A stretch of DNA of 64,000 nt. Origin: Eledone cirrhosa. Lineage: Eukaryota. The stretch's first letter is position 1, and each line of letters opens with the position of its first letter. The DNA lies in the NCBI GenBank assembly GCA_964016885.1, contig OZ024752.1, forward strand, positions 18,228,001-18,292,000. Reading direction: 5' to 3'. The notes below the pieces were generated by a model. The model had not been told where the DNA came from. It ran no database searches and saw only the letters and a program-made list of their open reading frames with translations. Positions 49,036-60,469 of the stretch are shown piece after piece. A program made the translations under genes and the position numbers.

Positions 49036-52015
49036 TTAAAAGTTAAACAAGGTTCAATGAATAAATCAAAGAATGAGTTTTACAATAGATAGAAAGCACT
49101 CAACAGATATGCTAAGAAAGGCAGAGTATAAAAATAAAATAGAATATATAGACAATAATAATCCAAATCTTAATCCTGATAAAAATAATAGTAATATGAC
49201 TGGCATATATAAACGAAATTTTAAAAATTATAATTCAAACACCTGTACTGTGAATAAATCGGGGAAAAGAACCAGAACTAAATCAGTTATATGGTCCTCC
49301 CCACCTGCTTCTGTAGCAGTAAGAACACCACTAGCTAATCTATTCTTTAAGGCTTTAGATAATTCCTTCCCTAGTCAACATAAATACTGTTCCATATTTA
49401 ATAGACACACAATTAAGCTTTCTTATTCTACAACTATGAATATGACCCTAAACATCGCTAAACTAAATAGTAAAATTCTAAACCAAAATCAGCATAATGC
49501 TGTTAATAATAGTGTTAATATAAATAATAATAAATCAAAATATAATTGTAGAAATAAACCAGATTGCCCTCTGCAAAATAATTGTCTGGATAGAAATTTG
49601 GTGTATAAATGCACCGTAAAAACAAATAACAACACATACAACTACATAGGGGCAACTTCTTCGACATTTAAATCGAGATTTGCGAATCACAAATGCTCAT
49701 TTTCGAATTTTAATAGGAAGTCTTTGACTTCTTTATCACAACTTATATGGTCATTAAAAGACAAAAATTTAAAATACTCGATTTTTTGGACGAAGCTTTG
49801 TAATAGTAAAATATACTCGAACTCGTCTATATCAACTAACTGCAACCTTTGCACAAAGGAGACCCTATTAATAATTACTAATTTTGAAAACTTAATTAAC
49901 AAAAAAAGTGAATTATTCTCAAACTGCCTTCATAAAGCTTTGTCTACATTCCAAGCCTCGCAAAAAGTCAGGAAAAAACACTAAACAAACAGGCTTTAAT
50001 TTTTGACATCTCTTATCAACTGTTGGACCTAAAACGTTATAACAGTTTATAAAACTTTAATAATACTTTATTTTCTAATCATTTATGATAGAATTAATGT
50101 TAGAATGAAGGATCCTGTTTAGGTATATAAACATATTATTTGGTAACTTGTTCACTTGATAAATATGCACACCTTAGGATTATTTTAGATATTTATAATT
50201 TAGATTCAGATCTTTATTTATCTGTCTCTGTTTTAAATATATAATTTGGATATTTAACTTGTAAGATTACCAGTTATAATTGAACCGTAAATCATTCATG
50301 CATTTATATATCTTACTCATTTTGGGTATGTTCTGGGGACTCAGAAAGTTAGATTTGCACTTATATATTTTTTATATATATCTAGGTATAAATATAATAA
50401 ACCATACTAGTCGACAAATATTGGTCTCTCTCTCTCCACTGAACTGGAGGTAAAACTACAATTATAGCATTACTAATAATGATTATAAGTATTTATTTAT
50501 TAAATGTATATCGTTTCATTAATACCTATAATAATATCTCTATATAGTTGTACAAATATGTTTATCTAGTGTAATAACATACTCGTAGTTACATTTATAA
50601 ATAATTTAGATACTCAAATGACTCTCTATTGTTATAAGTGTTAGTTATTCCCTGGATGTTCGAAATTATATAATGATTATTACTTAATTTAATATAATTT
50701 AATTTATTTTAATTAAATTTAGATTACCTTCGGCTTTTTCAAGTCTTTAGCTCCTCTTTCTATCACATTCGCTGGACATTTTAGAAGTATCTTTTGTCTA
50801 CTATATATTAAAACATTTAAACATTTTAAACTATATTTTTAATATTGGGCATTTTTAAGTTTCGCAAACAATTCATTATTTTTCACTTTTTATTTTTATA
50901 TTTATTTTGTATCTAGCTCTTATCTTTAGGACTCATGTAGTTTTGACTTATATATTTAAGGTATATATCAACTAAATCCTTTTACAATAATTGATATAAA
51001 ACATTAATTTTTAACAATATTTTTTAACAATATTTTCAGTAACTTATTTACTATATTGTATTATTGTATTATGTTATGTATATTTGAAAAATATCACCTT
51101 AAGGCTTTAGACAATATAATCCTTGTATATTTTTTGATTAACACATATATGTAATTTAAAATTCAGACTTCTTTAAGTTTAATTATAAGGCCTGTTGATC
51201 CTTTAGACACTCAAATTGTTAATCATAAATTCTTTAATAATTATTACTGTAATTATTTTATAAATTGTATTATATAAACTGTTGTCAATATTATAAATAA
51301 TTTTGGTAAAGTTTACCTTCATGAGGTTATAAAAACATTATATTTTCTTTCTCGTGTTTGTAAATCCTTTAAATTTGATTTCATAAAATTTGAATTTTAG
51401 AAATTAAACTTGATAGTATACTATAATATTAATACGGATACCTATTAACTTTTAAAACCTAAAATATTATTAATTACTCTGAACTAACTTAAATTAAATA
51501 TTTTGAATATTAACAGTCAACCAAATAAGTTTAGATATATATTGTATATATGGATAATTGTCTATAAACTTGAACATAAATTATTCCCCTTTGTCTCTCT
51601 CTCTCTTTAATCATCTCTCTTTTAACTTTCATGGCACCTACTAACTATATTATCCCGTCAGCTGTTTCTTCCTCTATGCTTTCCTTTCTTTCCTCTTTCT
51701 TCAGTAATTAAAATTTTTTTAACTGTTATATTGATGCCAAGTATTTTTTAAGCTGTCTCACACGCATCCTCTCTATTGTATGTATTATATATTTTTCTCA
51801 TGTTCTCAATATTAAGGTATATAAATATTGAGTTTTGTCATATATTACTCACTACCATGACTGAATCTTAACCATCTAGTATGTCAGGGTATGTCATGCA
51901 TCATCTTATTTTATCTGATGAGGACGTACTGTTGAACTTAACTCAGTACCACCTCTGAAATATGTATAATAAAATATACTTGATCACAAGAATATCTATT
52001 TTGTTAATATTTTGA
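49036..52015 (+). mobile_element. Penelope-like element (Naiad-like GIY-YIG ORF 49073-49984) with ~2-kb AT-rich 3' UTR
   Basis: WSSPP...IFNRHTIKLSYS...NCRNKPDCPL...NLVYKC...NYIGAT...CNLC...CLH; hammerhead near the 3' end. Confidence 0.85.
51907..51976 (+). ncRNA. Minimal type I hammerhead ribozyme motif
   Basis: TATTTTAT-CTGATGA-GGAcGTACTG(loop)CAGTACcaccTCT-GAA-AT(ATGT)AT-A-ATAAAATA. Confidence 0.8.
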
Positions 52016-52445
52016 ATTAATATCTCTCTCTCTCTGATAAATGTGGAAAATTAGGGCATTTTGCAAGATCCCGTTGATCAAAATACGATTGTAAAGAGAG
52101 AGAGAGAGAGAGACAGACGTGATCAATGTGAAGATCAACAGAATGAGATGGTTGGGTCATGTGTTGAGGAAGGATGAAAGTGACTAGGTTGTGAGGAGTG
52201 ATGGAAATAAAAGTGAAAGGAAGTAGAGGAAGAGAGAGACCAAGAAAAACATAGTTTAACATGGTGGAGGAGGAAATGAAAGCTATGGTTCATGGGGATG
52301 CAGATGATAGGACAAATTAGAGAAGTTTGTTATGAGACCCATAAGGTTTTAGCAGTTGGGGTTGTGGGGTGAGCTAAAACAGTTGTTGTTGTTTACATAT
52401 TGCCCTCTATTTTAAACATTTGAAATGAAATATATTATATTGTAG

Positions 52446-52587
52446 GTGAACTAGCCCCTGCTGTTAGTGCCACACTGAATATTAGTGGTACTCTGGTAGA
52501 TTTTGTTGTCACACACATGGGTAACCATCGAGACAATGAAGACAGAAAACAACAAGCCTTGTATCTTTCTAATATTCTTAAATCAAG
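52446..52587 (+). CDS. CWH43: CWH43 exon (ELAPAVSATLNISGTLVDFVVTHMGNHRDNEDRKQQALYLSNILKS)
   Basis: TAG|...AAG|GTGAGT, 142 nt; E.APA...NISG.LVDFVVTH.GNH.D..DRK.QA. Confidence 0.97.
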
Positions 52588-52615
52588 GTGAGTGCAAATT
52601 TTTGTGTAAACTGTT

Positions 52616-52885
52616 CAGAGTCGGACTTTCACCTGCTGAGGCCCTAAACTGTATGAAATTTGAGGCCCTTCTCTATAAAAAATTGGGGTAAACAAATTTA
52701 AAATAATTATTATACATGATTATTATTCATTAATGTTTACAAAATTAGTTACAAAATGTTCCTTTTAACTAACTAATGGATTTATTCCATTTGCTGCATA
52801 AATATATATTTAAAAAATGAGGGCCCCGGGTGGGTGTGTCAGCCTTAGCTATTGCTTATTTAACTTATAGGTAAGTCTAGCGCTG
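52616..52885. mobile_element. hAT-type MITE
   Basis: Degenerate TIRs CAGAGTCGGACTT / AAGTCTAGCGCTG; 8-bp TSD AAACTGTT/GAACTGTT. Confidence 0.65.
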
Positions 52886-52889
52886 GAAC

Positions 52890-55800
52890 TGTTGCAGTTA
52901 AGGAAATGATGCTGTGTTATCTGTGATAGTTGCGAATTAGTATCTTGGTGTCATCGTCTGCTCGTCGTAGCTGTTGTGCTTGATATTAAATGAACTCTCG
53001 GGAGGGGTAAGCCTAACGCAGTCATGGGGGGTCACGACATGAGCAAGAAGGACGCAGCAGCCATCCAAGAAAAGGGCCTCACCAGTCAGCAGAGCAAGGG
53101 AGTACCAGGAATGAGCTGTGTTATTTACCGTTAATAAAAGCTTTCATTAAAGCCCTCTATTATGTGTTGTACATAATAAATGGTGACGAGGATGACAAAT
53201 GGAAAACTTTTGAAACTTAACGACTTGGAAGAAGCCAATGCCTGGCTGATACAATTCAATGCAAAACTATTATGCAGCAACGTTGAAGATGTCAAAAAGA
53301 AGCTAACGTTTCTTTCTGTGGAGTCGAGGCTATAATGAAGCTGAAGGATGTCCTTTTCCCGATAAGTCTTCAGGATGCTACATACCAACAAATAATGGAC
53401 ACGTTACATCAACTAATAAAGCAGAAGGAGAGACTGTTAATTGCAGACAATTATTGGAGTTATAACAACTTGTCAGCAAATCAATCAACGATTTTCTTAG
53501 GATTAATTCTCAAGCTTCCTTTTGTCACTTGAATAGGATGAAAGAAAATCCGGAAGAAATTATGAAGCTCATTTTCATCGCAGTACTATCATCGACAGAG
53601 GTAAAATTGAAAATTTTAGATCAGTTACATTGTAATTCTAAAATGAAATACACTGAAATAGCCACTCTTGCATTCACTATAGAATCTGAAACACTGTTTA
53701 CGAGCAGTCGACAGCTTTCGCCTTCATCAACAAACATAAACAACACAAAAAATAGCAGCAGTCAGGACATTGACAATGAAGCAAAATGTAGAAATTGCGA
53801 GTCTGCACATAAACCGTGTACATGTCCAGCATACAGAAAAAGTTGTGATAAATGTGGAAAATTAGAGCATTTTGCAAGATCCTGTTGATCAAAATACGAT
53901 TGTAAAGTAAACAACATAAACGAGATTTCAAGCGAGGTTGGTTCCATCGACAGTTTTATGCTAAACATAAACAACAATCGTGTAGACAATACGGGTTTCT
54001 GCAAGTAGTTTTATAAACTACAGAAGCATAGATACGGGTGCAGTTTGTTCAATCATCCCATTTTTATTCGCTTCACAGCTAAATATCCCAGTGGAACCAT
54101 GTCACAAATGTTTAACCACTTTTGATGGTTCAGATCTAAAGGTGGTTGGATTGGTCTGAATAAGATTTAAATTCAACGACACCGACAAATCTCCTGGCTT
54201 CATTGTAGTAGACAGCCCCTACAACTTCAGACTGATTGGAAAAGACATTATTAAAGACAGTTCGTTTTGTTTTAACTTAAACATGAACGTGTTCCCAGAA
54301 GTTAAAGGTTTTGTGGCTCATGTTAACTGCTCTGATGAGAGTTATAGCAGGATGAGTTCAGCGAAATGCGTTCGAGTTCATTTAGAAAATGAAGTAAAGG
54401 ATGAGTTACAGAGGTTGGAAATTATGGGCATCATCACACCGTCAGATTACTCTGGAATCAGATATGCCTCGCCTGTGGTCTGGTTGAGAAAGAATGATGG
54501 ATCACTATGTATGTGTGTTGATTATAAGGCTCACTTAAATGTGCATATTGACATCTATTCTTTTCCCTTACCAGCAACCAATACTATTTTCTCCGGTGTC
54601 AAGTGCAAAATTTTTCTCAACACTTGTTTGGCAAATACCTTTGGCAGAGGACGCAAGGTGCATTTGCACTATCAATACAACCAATGGCCTGTACCTGGTT
54701 AACAAACTTTAAATGGGCCTTTAGAATTCAAGAAGTATAGTTCAAAACTGTATGAAGACTCTACTAAAGGGGATCGAAGGAGTCAGGGTATACCAAGACG
54801 ATATCGTTATCTATGCTAATAGCGAAGCAAAGCTAACAAGCAGAGAAAATGTGATAGTTGCAAGGCTAACCAAGGTACAATTCTCTATAAACAAAGACAA
54901 GTCATTCTCCAGAAGAAGAAATTTGACTTTCCTGGGAATGAATTTATCTGAAGAAGGAATTTCTCCATCTCATGAATTGGTGGCAAAACTAAAGGATTTA
55001 CAGGTACCGAAGGAAGATATCGATAAAATATTAGGTTTAACAAACTATTATAGAAGATTTATCCTGGCATATGCTGAAAAGATAGGACCACTCTTAGCAG
55101 CTAGATCTAAAGAGTTCAAGTGGGGTAAAGATAAGGTCTTTGGAACACTTAACACTCATCTTTCGGAAGCTCTAGTTTTACAACCATATTCAATGGTAGA
55201 TGCATCTCACTGTAGATGTATCCTTAATTGCAGTAGCTGAGGTGTTATCTGAGGAGGGACACCCAGTAGCTTTCATAAGCCACATCTTTTCCCAGTCACA
55301 ATGGAATTGGTTGAACATAGAAAGAGAAGTATATGCAGTAGTATGGTGCATGGACAGACTGGCATTTCTGTTTGGAAACTGATCACCAGCTTTTAAAACA
55401 CTCTTCACGAAGGATTTGGATGTATCTCGACGAGCTTCACAGAAAATAGCCAGATGGAGCTTGATTCTCTCACAGTATGATTTTGTCGTAAGGCACATCC
55501 CGGGTAAAAGCATTCCGTATGTCGATGCCCGCTCATGCTTGAGGTATAGTGAAAACAATGACGGCAATATAATTTTCTTTGCTTCGCATTTGGACGAATG
55601 CGACAGTGCGTGGCAGGACAGCGATCCCGTAATGAAAGCATCTGAACATAAATAAATGTGAATGCATTAGACAACAAAATAAAGGAAAGGATTTTACAAC
55701 AGAATTGGGAATCGGTCTCAAATCTAGAACAAGCTTTCGTTAACCTGTGAAAATAGCTTGATATATATCATAAGAATTGTCCATTTATTTCAGCACCTTG

Positions 55801-56020
55801 TAGAGCCTCAGTATTAGCTAAAATATATGACATGCACATGGTCATTCAGCAAACGATTAAGAAGGCACGACTCTGTGTTTGGTGGCGCTGAGATTCACAC
55901 CGATTCTGCAAGGATGCCTAATGATGACGGTGTGGGTCTTTGACAAACGATCATATCAAGTCCGCAAGTTAGACACAACACCGGAGTTATAGAAGGAACA
56001 GAACAATCTTTTGTCAACAA
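52890..56020 (+). mobile_element. Decayed Ty3/Gypsy (Mag-like) LTR retrotransposon, 3'-truncated
   Basis: Putative 5' LTR ~52890-53178; PBS-like TGGTGACGAGGATG at 53181; double CCHC gag knuckle; protease IDTGA; RT YASPVV...VDYK and YQDD; RNase H IERE; many stops. Confidence 0.88.
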
Positions 56021-56034
56021 TATTGGTCGGCGGC

Positions 56035-56372
56035 GGCGGCTTTTCCCTGCTTGCAAGGGTGGGACAGGTCCTATTCAGCACAGCATCTCTCCACTTGTCA
56101 CAGTCCTTCGTCATCTCCACCGTGAGCTTCAGCGATCTAAGGTCTGCTCTCACCACCTCCGCCCATGTTTTTCATGGCCTACCTCTACTGCGTCTTCCTT
56201 CTACTGGGATTTCTTGGCACTTCTTTACCCAGCGGTCATCCTCCATGCGCATCACATGTCCATACCATCTCAGCCTTCTCTCTTGCACACCACAACTTAT
56301 CCCTCTTATACCCAGTTTCTTTCTCAACTCGTCTATGCTCGGTCATTCACGCATATTGACATTGCACATCCA
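56035..56372 (-). mobile_element. RTE family C 3' fragment
   Basis: Homologous to ~46770-47090 (WRDAVLNRTCPTLASRE). Confidence 0.85.
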
Positions 56373-56621
56373 ATGATGATGATGATATATATTATATATG
56401 TGGTCTACCTGGTCATTTAGAGTCCAGTGTGTGGTCTCCCTGGCTAGTTGCAGTCCAGTGTGTGGTCTCCCTGGTCATTTACTGTTTGGAGTGGTGATGG
56501 TTTGGGGTGGTGGTGGTGATGATGGATATAGTAGGAGTGGTGGTTGGGGTGGTGGAGATGGTTATGTATTAGGAGTGGTGGTGGTTATGTAGTGGTGGAG
56601 GCAGTAGTAGTGTGTCTACGT

Positions 56622-57752
56622 ATCATCATCATCATCAGGTTTAGCGTCCGTGTTCCACGCTTGCATGGGTTTGGACGGGGGTTTTCCCACTTGAGGCAAG
56701 AGTGGTTGTCTTGCTCGCATAGGACTGTCTGGCGGGTTTTCTACAGTTGGATGCCCTTCCTAACACCAACCACATTTACAGTGTGGGGTTGGGAGGTTTT
56801 TACCGTGTTGCCTACACGGCCACATTTACAGCGTGGACTGTGTGTTTTTTGTCGTGACACCTACACGATCTCATTTGTTTCGGCCTGGATGTTGTGGGAC
56901 CAACATAACTATACATTGAAAGGGGCGGTGTGGATGGGGTGGAGGTGGTGGGACGGGGGGGGTGTTTTGATAGAGATGCCTACTGACTGTAGTAGGTTTT
57001 TACTTTGTATTTAGGTAAGGCGGGTCTTCTCTATTACTGAGTACCGCCAAAGGTCTCGGTCCAGTGACATTGTCTTGGAGAGGTGTAAGTGTGTGAGGTC
57101 GGAATTTATCAGCTCGTCCCATGTTTTTCTGGGTCTGCCTACTCCGTGGCTACCGTCTATCTTTATTGCCCTGCACTTTGTTATACAACTGTCGTCTTTC
57201 ATGCGCATCACGTGACCGTACCAACGTAGCCTTCTCTCGAGTAAACAACATCTGATCCCTCTTATTTCTAATTTTTTCCTTAGTTCGTTTATGCTTTGCC
57301 GTTCACGTATATTACTATTGCACATCCAGCGGAGCATGCAAGCTTCGTTCCTCTCTAGTCTGCGTATATCCTCTGCACACAATGCCCAGGTCTCACTGCC
57401 ATGCAGCATTGCTGTTCGTATGCAGGCATCGTATAACCTGCCTTTCATTTTTTAGGGAGAACCCTCTAGCGGCTAATAGTGGTATAAGCTCTCTGAACTT
57501 TTTCCATCCAGTTCTGACTCTGGCTACTGTACTTTCAGAGCACCCTCCCCCACTGCTGATTTTGTCACCCAGGTAACGGAAGCTGTCCACTATTTCTATA
57601 GAACCCTCTGCGCAGTTGAAGGAGCTAGTATTTTGTGGGCACTTGCTGCTACTTATTGCACCAGAGCACCGGCCACATGTAAAATCTATGTTCTTAGTTA
57701 GCTTACCTGTGATCCCACTACATCTTTTATGCACCCATACTTTGCATTTGGG
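56622..57752 (-). mobile_element. RTE-A 3' part, 5'-truncated
   Basis: ORF 57011-57448, UTR, (GAT)n tail. Confidence 0.95.
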
Positions 57753-58076
57753 AGTATCTGTGTGGCAATGTGTGTGTGTGTGTGTGTGTGTGCATCTACA
57801 TGTGTGTATGTGAGAGAGAGAGAGAGTCAATCCCTGTCTTAGGCTGGCAGTGAGCCGGAACAAATACGGGATCCACAAGTATTCCCTTCAATATTCTAAC
57901 AACTCCCGTATTACATACTTTGGCACAAATATATTTATCAATAGTATTCTATTAAATTTATCATTTAATTTTTTATAGCTTTTTTTTTAAATTAAAATTT
58001 TTTGTTTCAAGCTAGCTTTATAGTTTCTGTTGTGGAAATTGGTTCATAGTAACCACTGAACTGTGAAATGAGACAG

Positions 58077-58620
58077 TCATCATCATCATCACCGTTTTAC
58101 GTCTGTTCTTCCATGCTAGCATGGGTTAGACGGGTTGTCCTGTTGTGGGCAGTGTCTGGATGGATGGCTGACCTTGTCTTGCTCATACAGGAACTGATTC
58201 TGGCTTGATTTCTACAGCTGGATGCCCTTCCTAACACCAACCTCATTCACAGTGAGTGCTGGGTGCTTTTTTGTGGCGCCTACACGTCCACTTTACAGTG
58301 TGGGCTGGGTGCTGTTTTGTCATGACACCTCCACAACCACTTTACAGTGTGGATTGAGTGCTTTTTTGTCATGACACCTCCACAACCACTTTACAGTGTG
58401 GATTGGGTGCTTTTTTGTCATGACACCTCCACAACCACTTTACAGTGGGAGGGTGTGGGGGCATATTGTCAATATGCTTCAGCTTATACCCATGGGAGGT
58501 CGGGTACTCTGTATTACTGCGTGACGCCGGAGGTCACGGTCGTGTATCATCGCCTTTGATAGGTGTAATTGGGTAAGGTCGGCTTTTATCACCTCATCCC
58601 AGGTCTTCTTGGGTCTCCCC
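58077..58620 (-). mobile_element. RTE family B 3' end with expanded ~49-bp UTR modules
   Basis: Homologous to 16042-16493; repeated CTTTACAGTGTGG...TTTTGTCATGACACCTCCACAACCA. Confidence 0.85.
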
Positions 58621-58717
58621 ACAGTATTATTTACATTTAGGTTCTTGTGTACTGGAGCAAAGAGAAAGCTTCGTCATGAGAATAATTGAGGGCAGGTCTT
58701 CTGTAAAACTGCATAGT

Positions 58718-59042
58718 CATGAGAGGTGTAATTGTAGAAGGTCAGCTTTTAATACCTCATCCCAAGTCTTCCTAGGCCTGCCCACACCATGGCTACCATC
58801 AACTTTGAGCACTCTGCACCTTTTTATACAGCTGTCATCTTTCATACGCATCACATGTCCATACCAACGCAATCTCCTCTCATGCATGCTGCAACTGATC
58901 TCTCTTAAGCCTAATTTCTCATGCAATGTATTTATACTTTGCCAAGCGAGACACGGTCATCCGACCAAACTTGCCTCAAATGGGACAAACCCGTCTAACC
59001 CATGCTAGTGTGGAAGATGGACGTTAAATGATGATATTGATG
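58718..59042. mobile_element. RTE fragment with 5' inversion
   Basis: Minus-strand RT C-terminus (58718-58940) joined to a plus-strand terminal hairpin and tail. Confidence 0.6.
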
Positions 59043-59077
59043 TATATATTATATATTATATATTATATATATATATA

Positions 59078-59424
59078 TCATCATCATCGTTTAACATCCA
59101 TCTTCCACGCTTGCATGGGTTTGGACAGGAATTTTCCCACTTGAGGCAAGATTGGTTGTCTCGCTCGTATAGGACTTCTAGGTTTTCTACAGTTGGATGC
59201 CCTTCCGAACACCAACCACGTTTACAGTGTGGACTGGGAAGTTTTTACCGTGTTACCTACACGGCCACATTACAGCGTGGACTGTGTGTTTTTTTTGTCG
59301 TGACACCTACACGACCTCATTTGTTTCGGACTGGCTGTTGTGGTACCAACATAACTTTACATTGAAAGGAGTGGTGTGGATGGGGTGGGGGTAGTGGGAC
59401 GGGGGTGTATTTTTGTTAGAGGTG

Positions 59425-59427
<3 letters not shown>
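59078..59427 (-). mobile_element. RTE-A 3' UTR copy
   Basis: Homologous to 8344-8690. Confidence 0.85.
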
Positions 59428-59476
<49 letters not shown>

Positions 59477-59566
59477 TTATTGAATTTCTTTCATGTTTTT
59501 TTTAACAAAATTTTAATACAATTTTTTTTTTTTATATTAAAAAGTAAGTGAATTGTTTATTTTCAG

Positions 59567-59716
59567 CCCCAATCCTGCTGTATTTCTTGGTTATGTAACA
59601 TCAGCACCATATGGTCGAGACTATTTCCAGTTCATTGAAGGGGGTGAAATGGAAGACATTGACCCCACAGATCAAGATCGTTGGTGTCAATACATTATGT
59701 ATAAAAAGCTTGTTCG
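59567..59716 (+). CDS. CWH43: CWH43 exon (PNPAVFLGYVTSAPYGRDYFQFIEGGEMEDIDPTDQDRWCQYIMYKKLVR)
   Basis: TTTTCAG|...CG|GTAGG, 150 nt; FLGY.TSAP..RDY...DID.TD.DRWC.YIMY. Confidence 0.97.
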
Positions 59717-60074
59717 GTAGGAGAATCATATATTTTTGGTTATTTCATCACCATCACTGTAAACATCATCATCAACATCATCGTCACCATCACCACCATA
59801 AACATCACCACTATCACCACCATTCCATGCTGGCATGAGTTTGACATCAATGTCCAAGGCAAGACAAGATCAGATAACTATATCTTTCTTATACACACAC
59901 CATATTCTGGCATGCTTTCTATGGCTGGATACCCTTCTTAAAACTAACCATTTCACAGAGTGTACTGAGTGTATTTTATCATGACATCAGCACTAGGATC
60001 ACCTTCGCCTTGCAAGTTACTTCTTCATCAGCACAACAAAATATTTAAAATAAACATTTACATGTGTTATACAG

Positions 60075-60432
60075 AAGACCCGACTTCCCACGGGCACAGG
60101 CCAAAGCTGAAACATATATACAGTATGCACCCCATCCCACCCTCACATACATCTCTCATGAGGACAGGCCAAAACACTGTAAAGTGGTCGTGATGGTGAC
60201 ACAGTAAAAAGCACCCAGCCTACACTGTAAAGTGCTCGTGTAGGTGTCACAGTAAAAAGCACCCAGTATTCACTGCAAATGAGGTTGCCATTAGGAAGGG
60301 CATCCAGCTGTAGAAACCAAGCCAAAATCAGTTCTGTATGTGCAAAACATGGTTACCTGACCTAACATCGCCCAAAACAGGACAACTCGTCTAACCCATG
60401 CCAGCATGGAGAAATGGATGCAAAATGATGAT
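60075..60432 (+). mobile_element. RTE 3' UTR copy
   Basis: UTR modules, AGGAAGGGCATCCAGCTGTAGAAA, terminal hairpin, GAT tail. Confidence 0.8.
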
Positions 60433-60469
60433 TATGTGTTGTAAATTAAAATACTGTTTGCAGAGATCC

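Noticed and set aside
52845-52876. Recursive splice site TTATAG|GTAAGT
   Set aside because: It lies in the terminal region of a hAT MITE, the pyrimidine tract is weak and the intron is only ~7 kb; no support without RNA data
59611-59838. His-rich 75-aa ORF
   Set aside because: Alternative frame of a CWH43 exon running into a (CAT/CAC)n LINE-tail microsatellite
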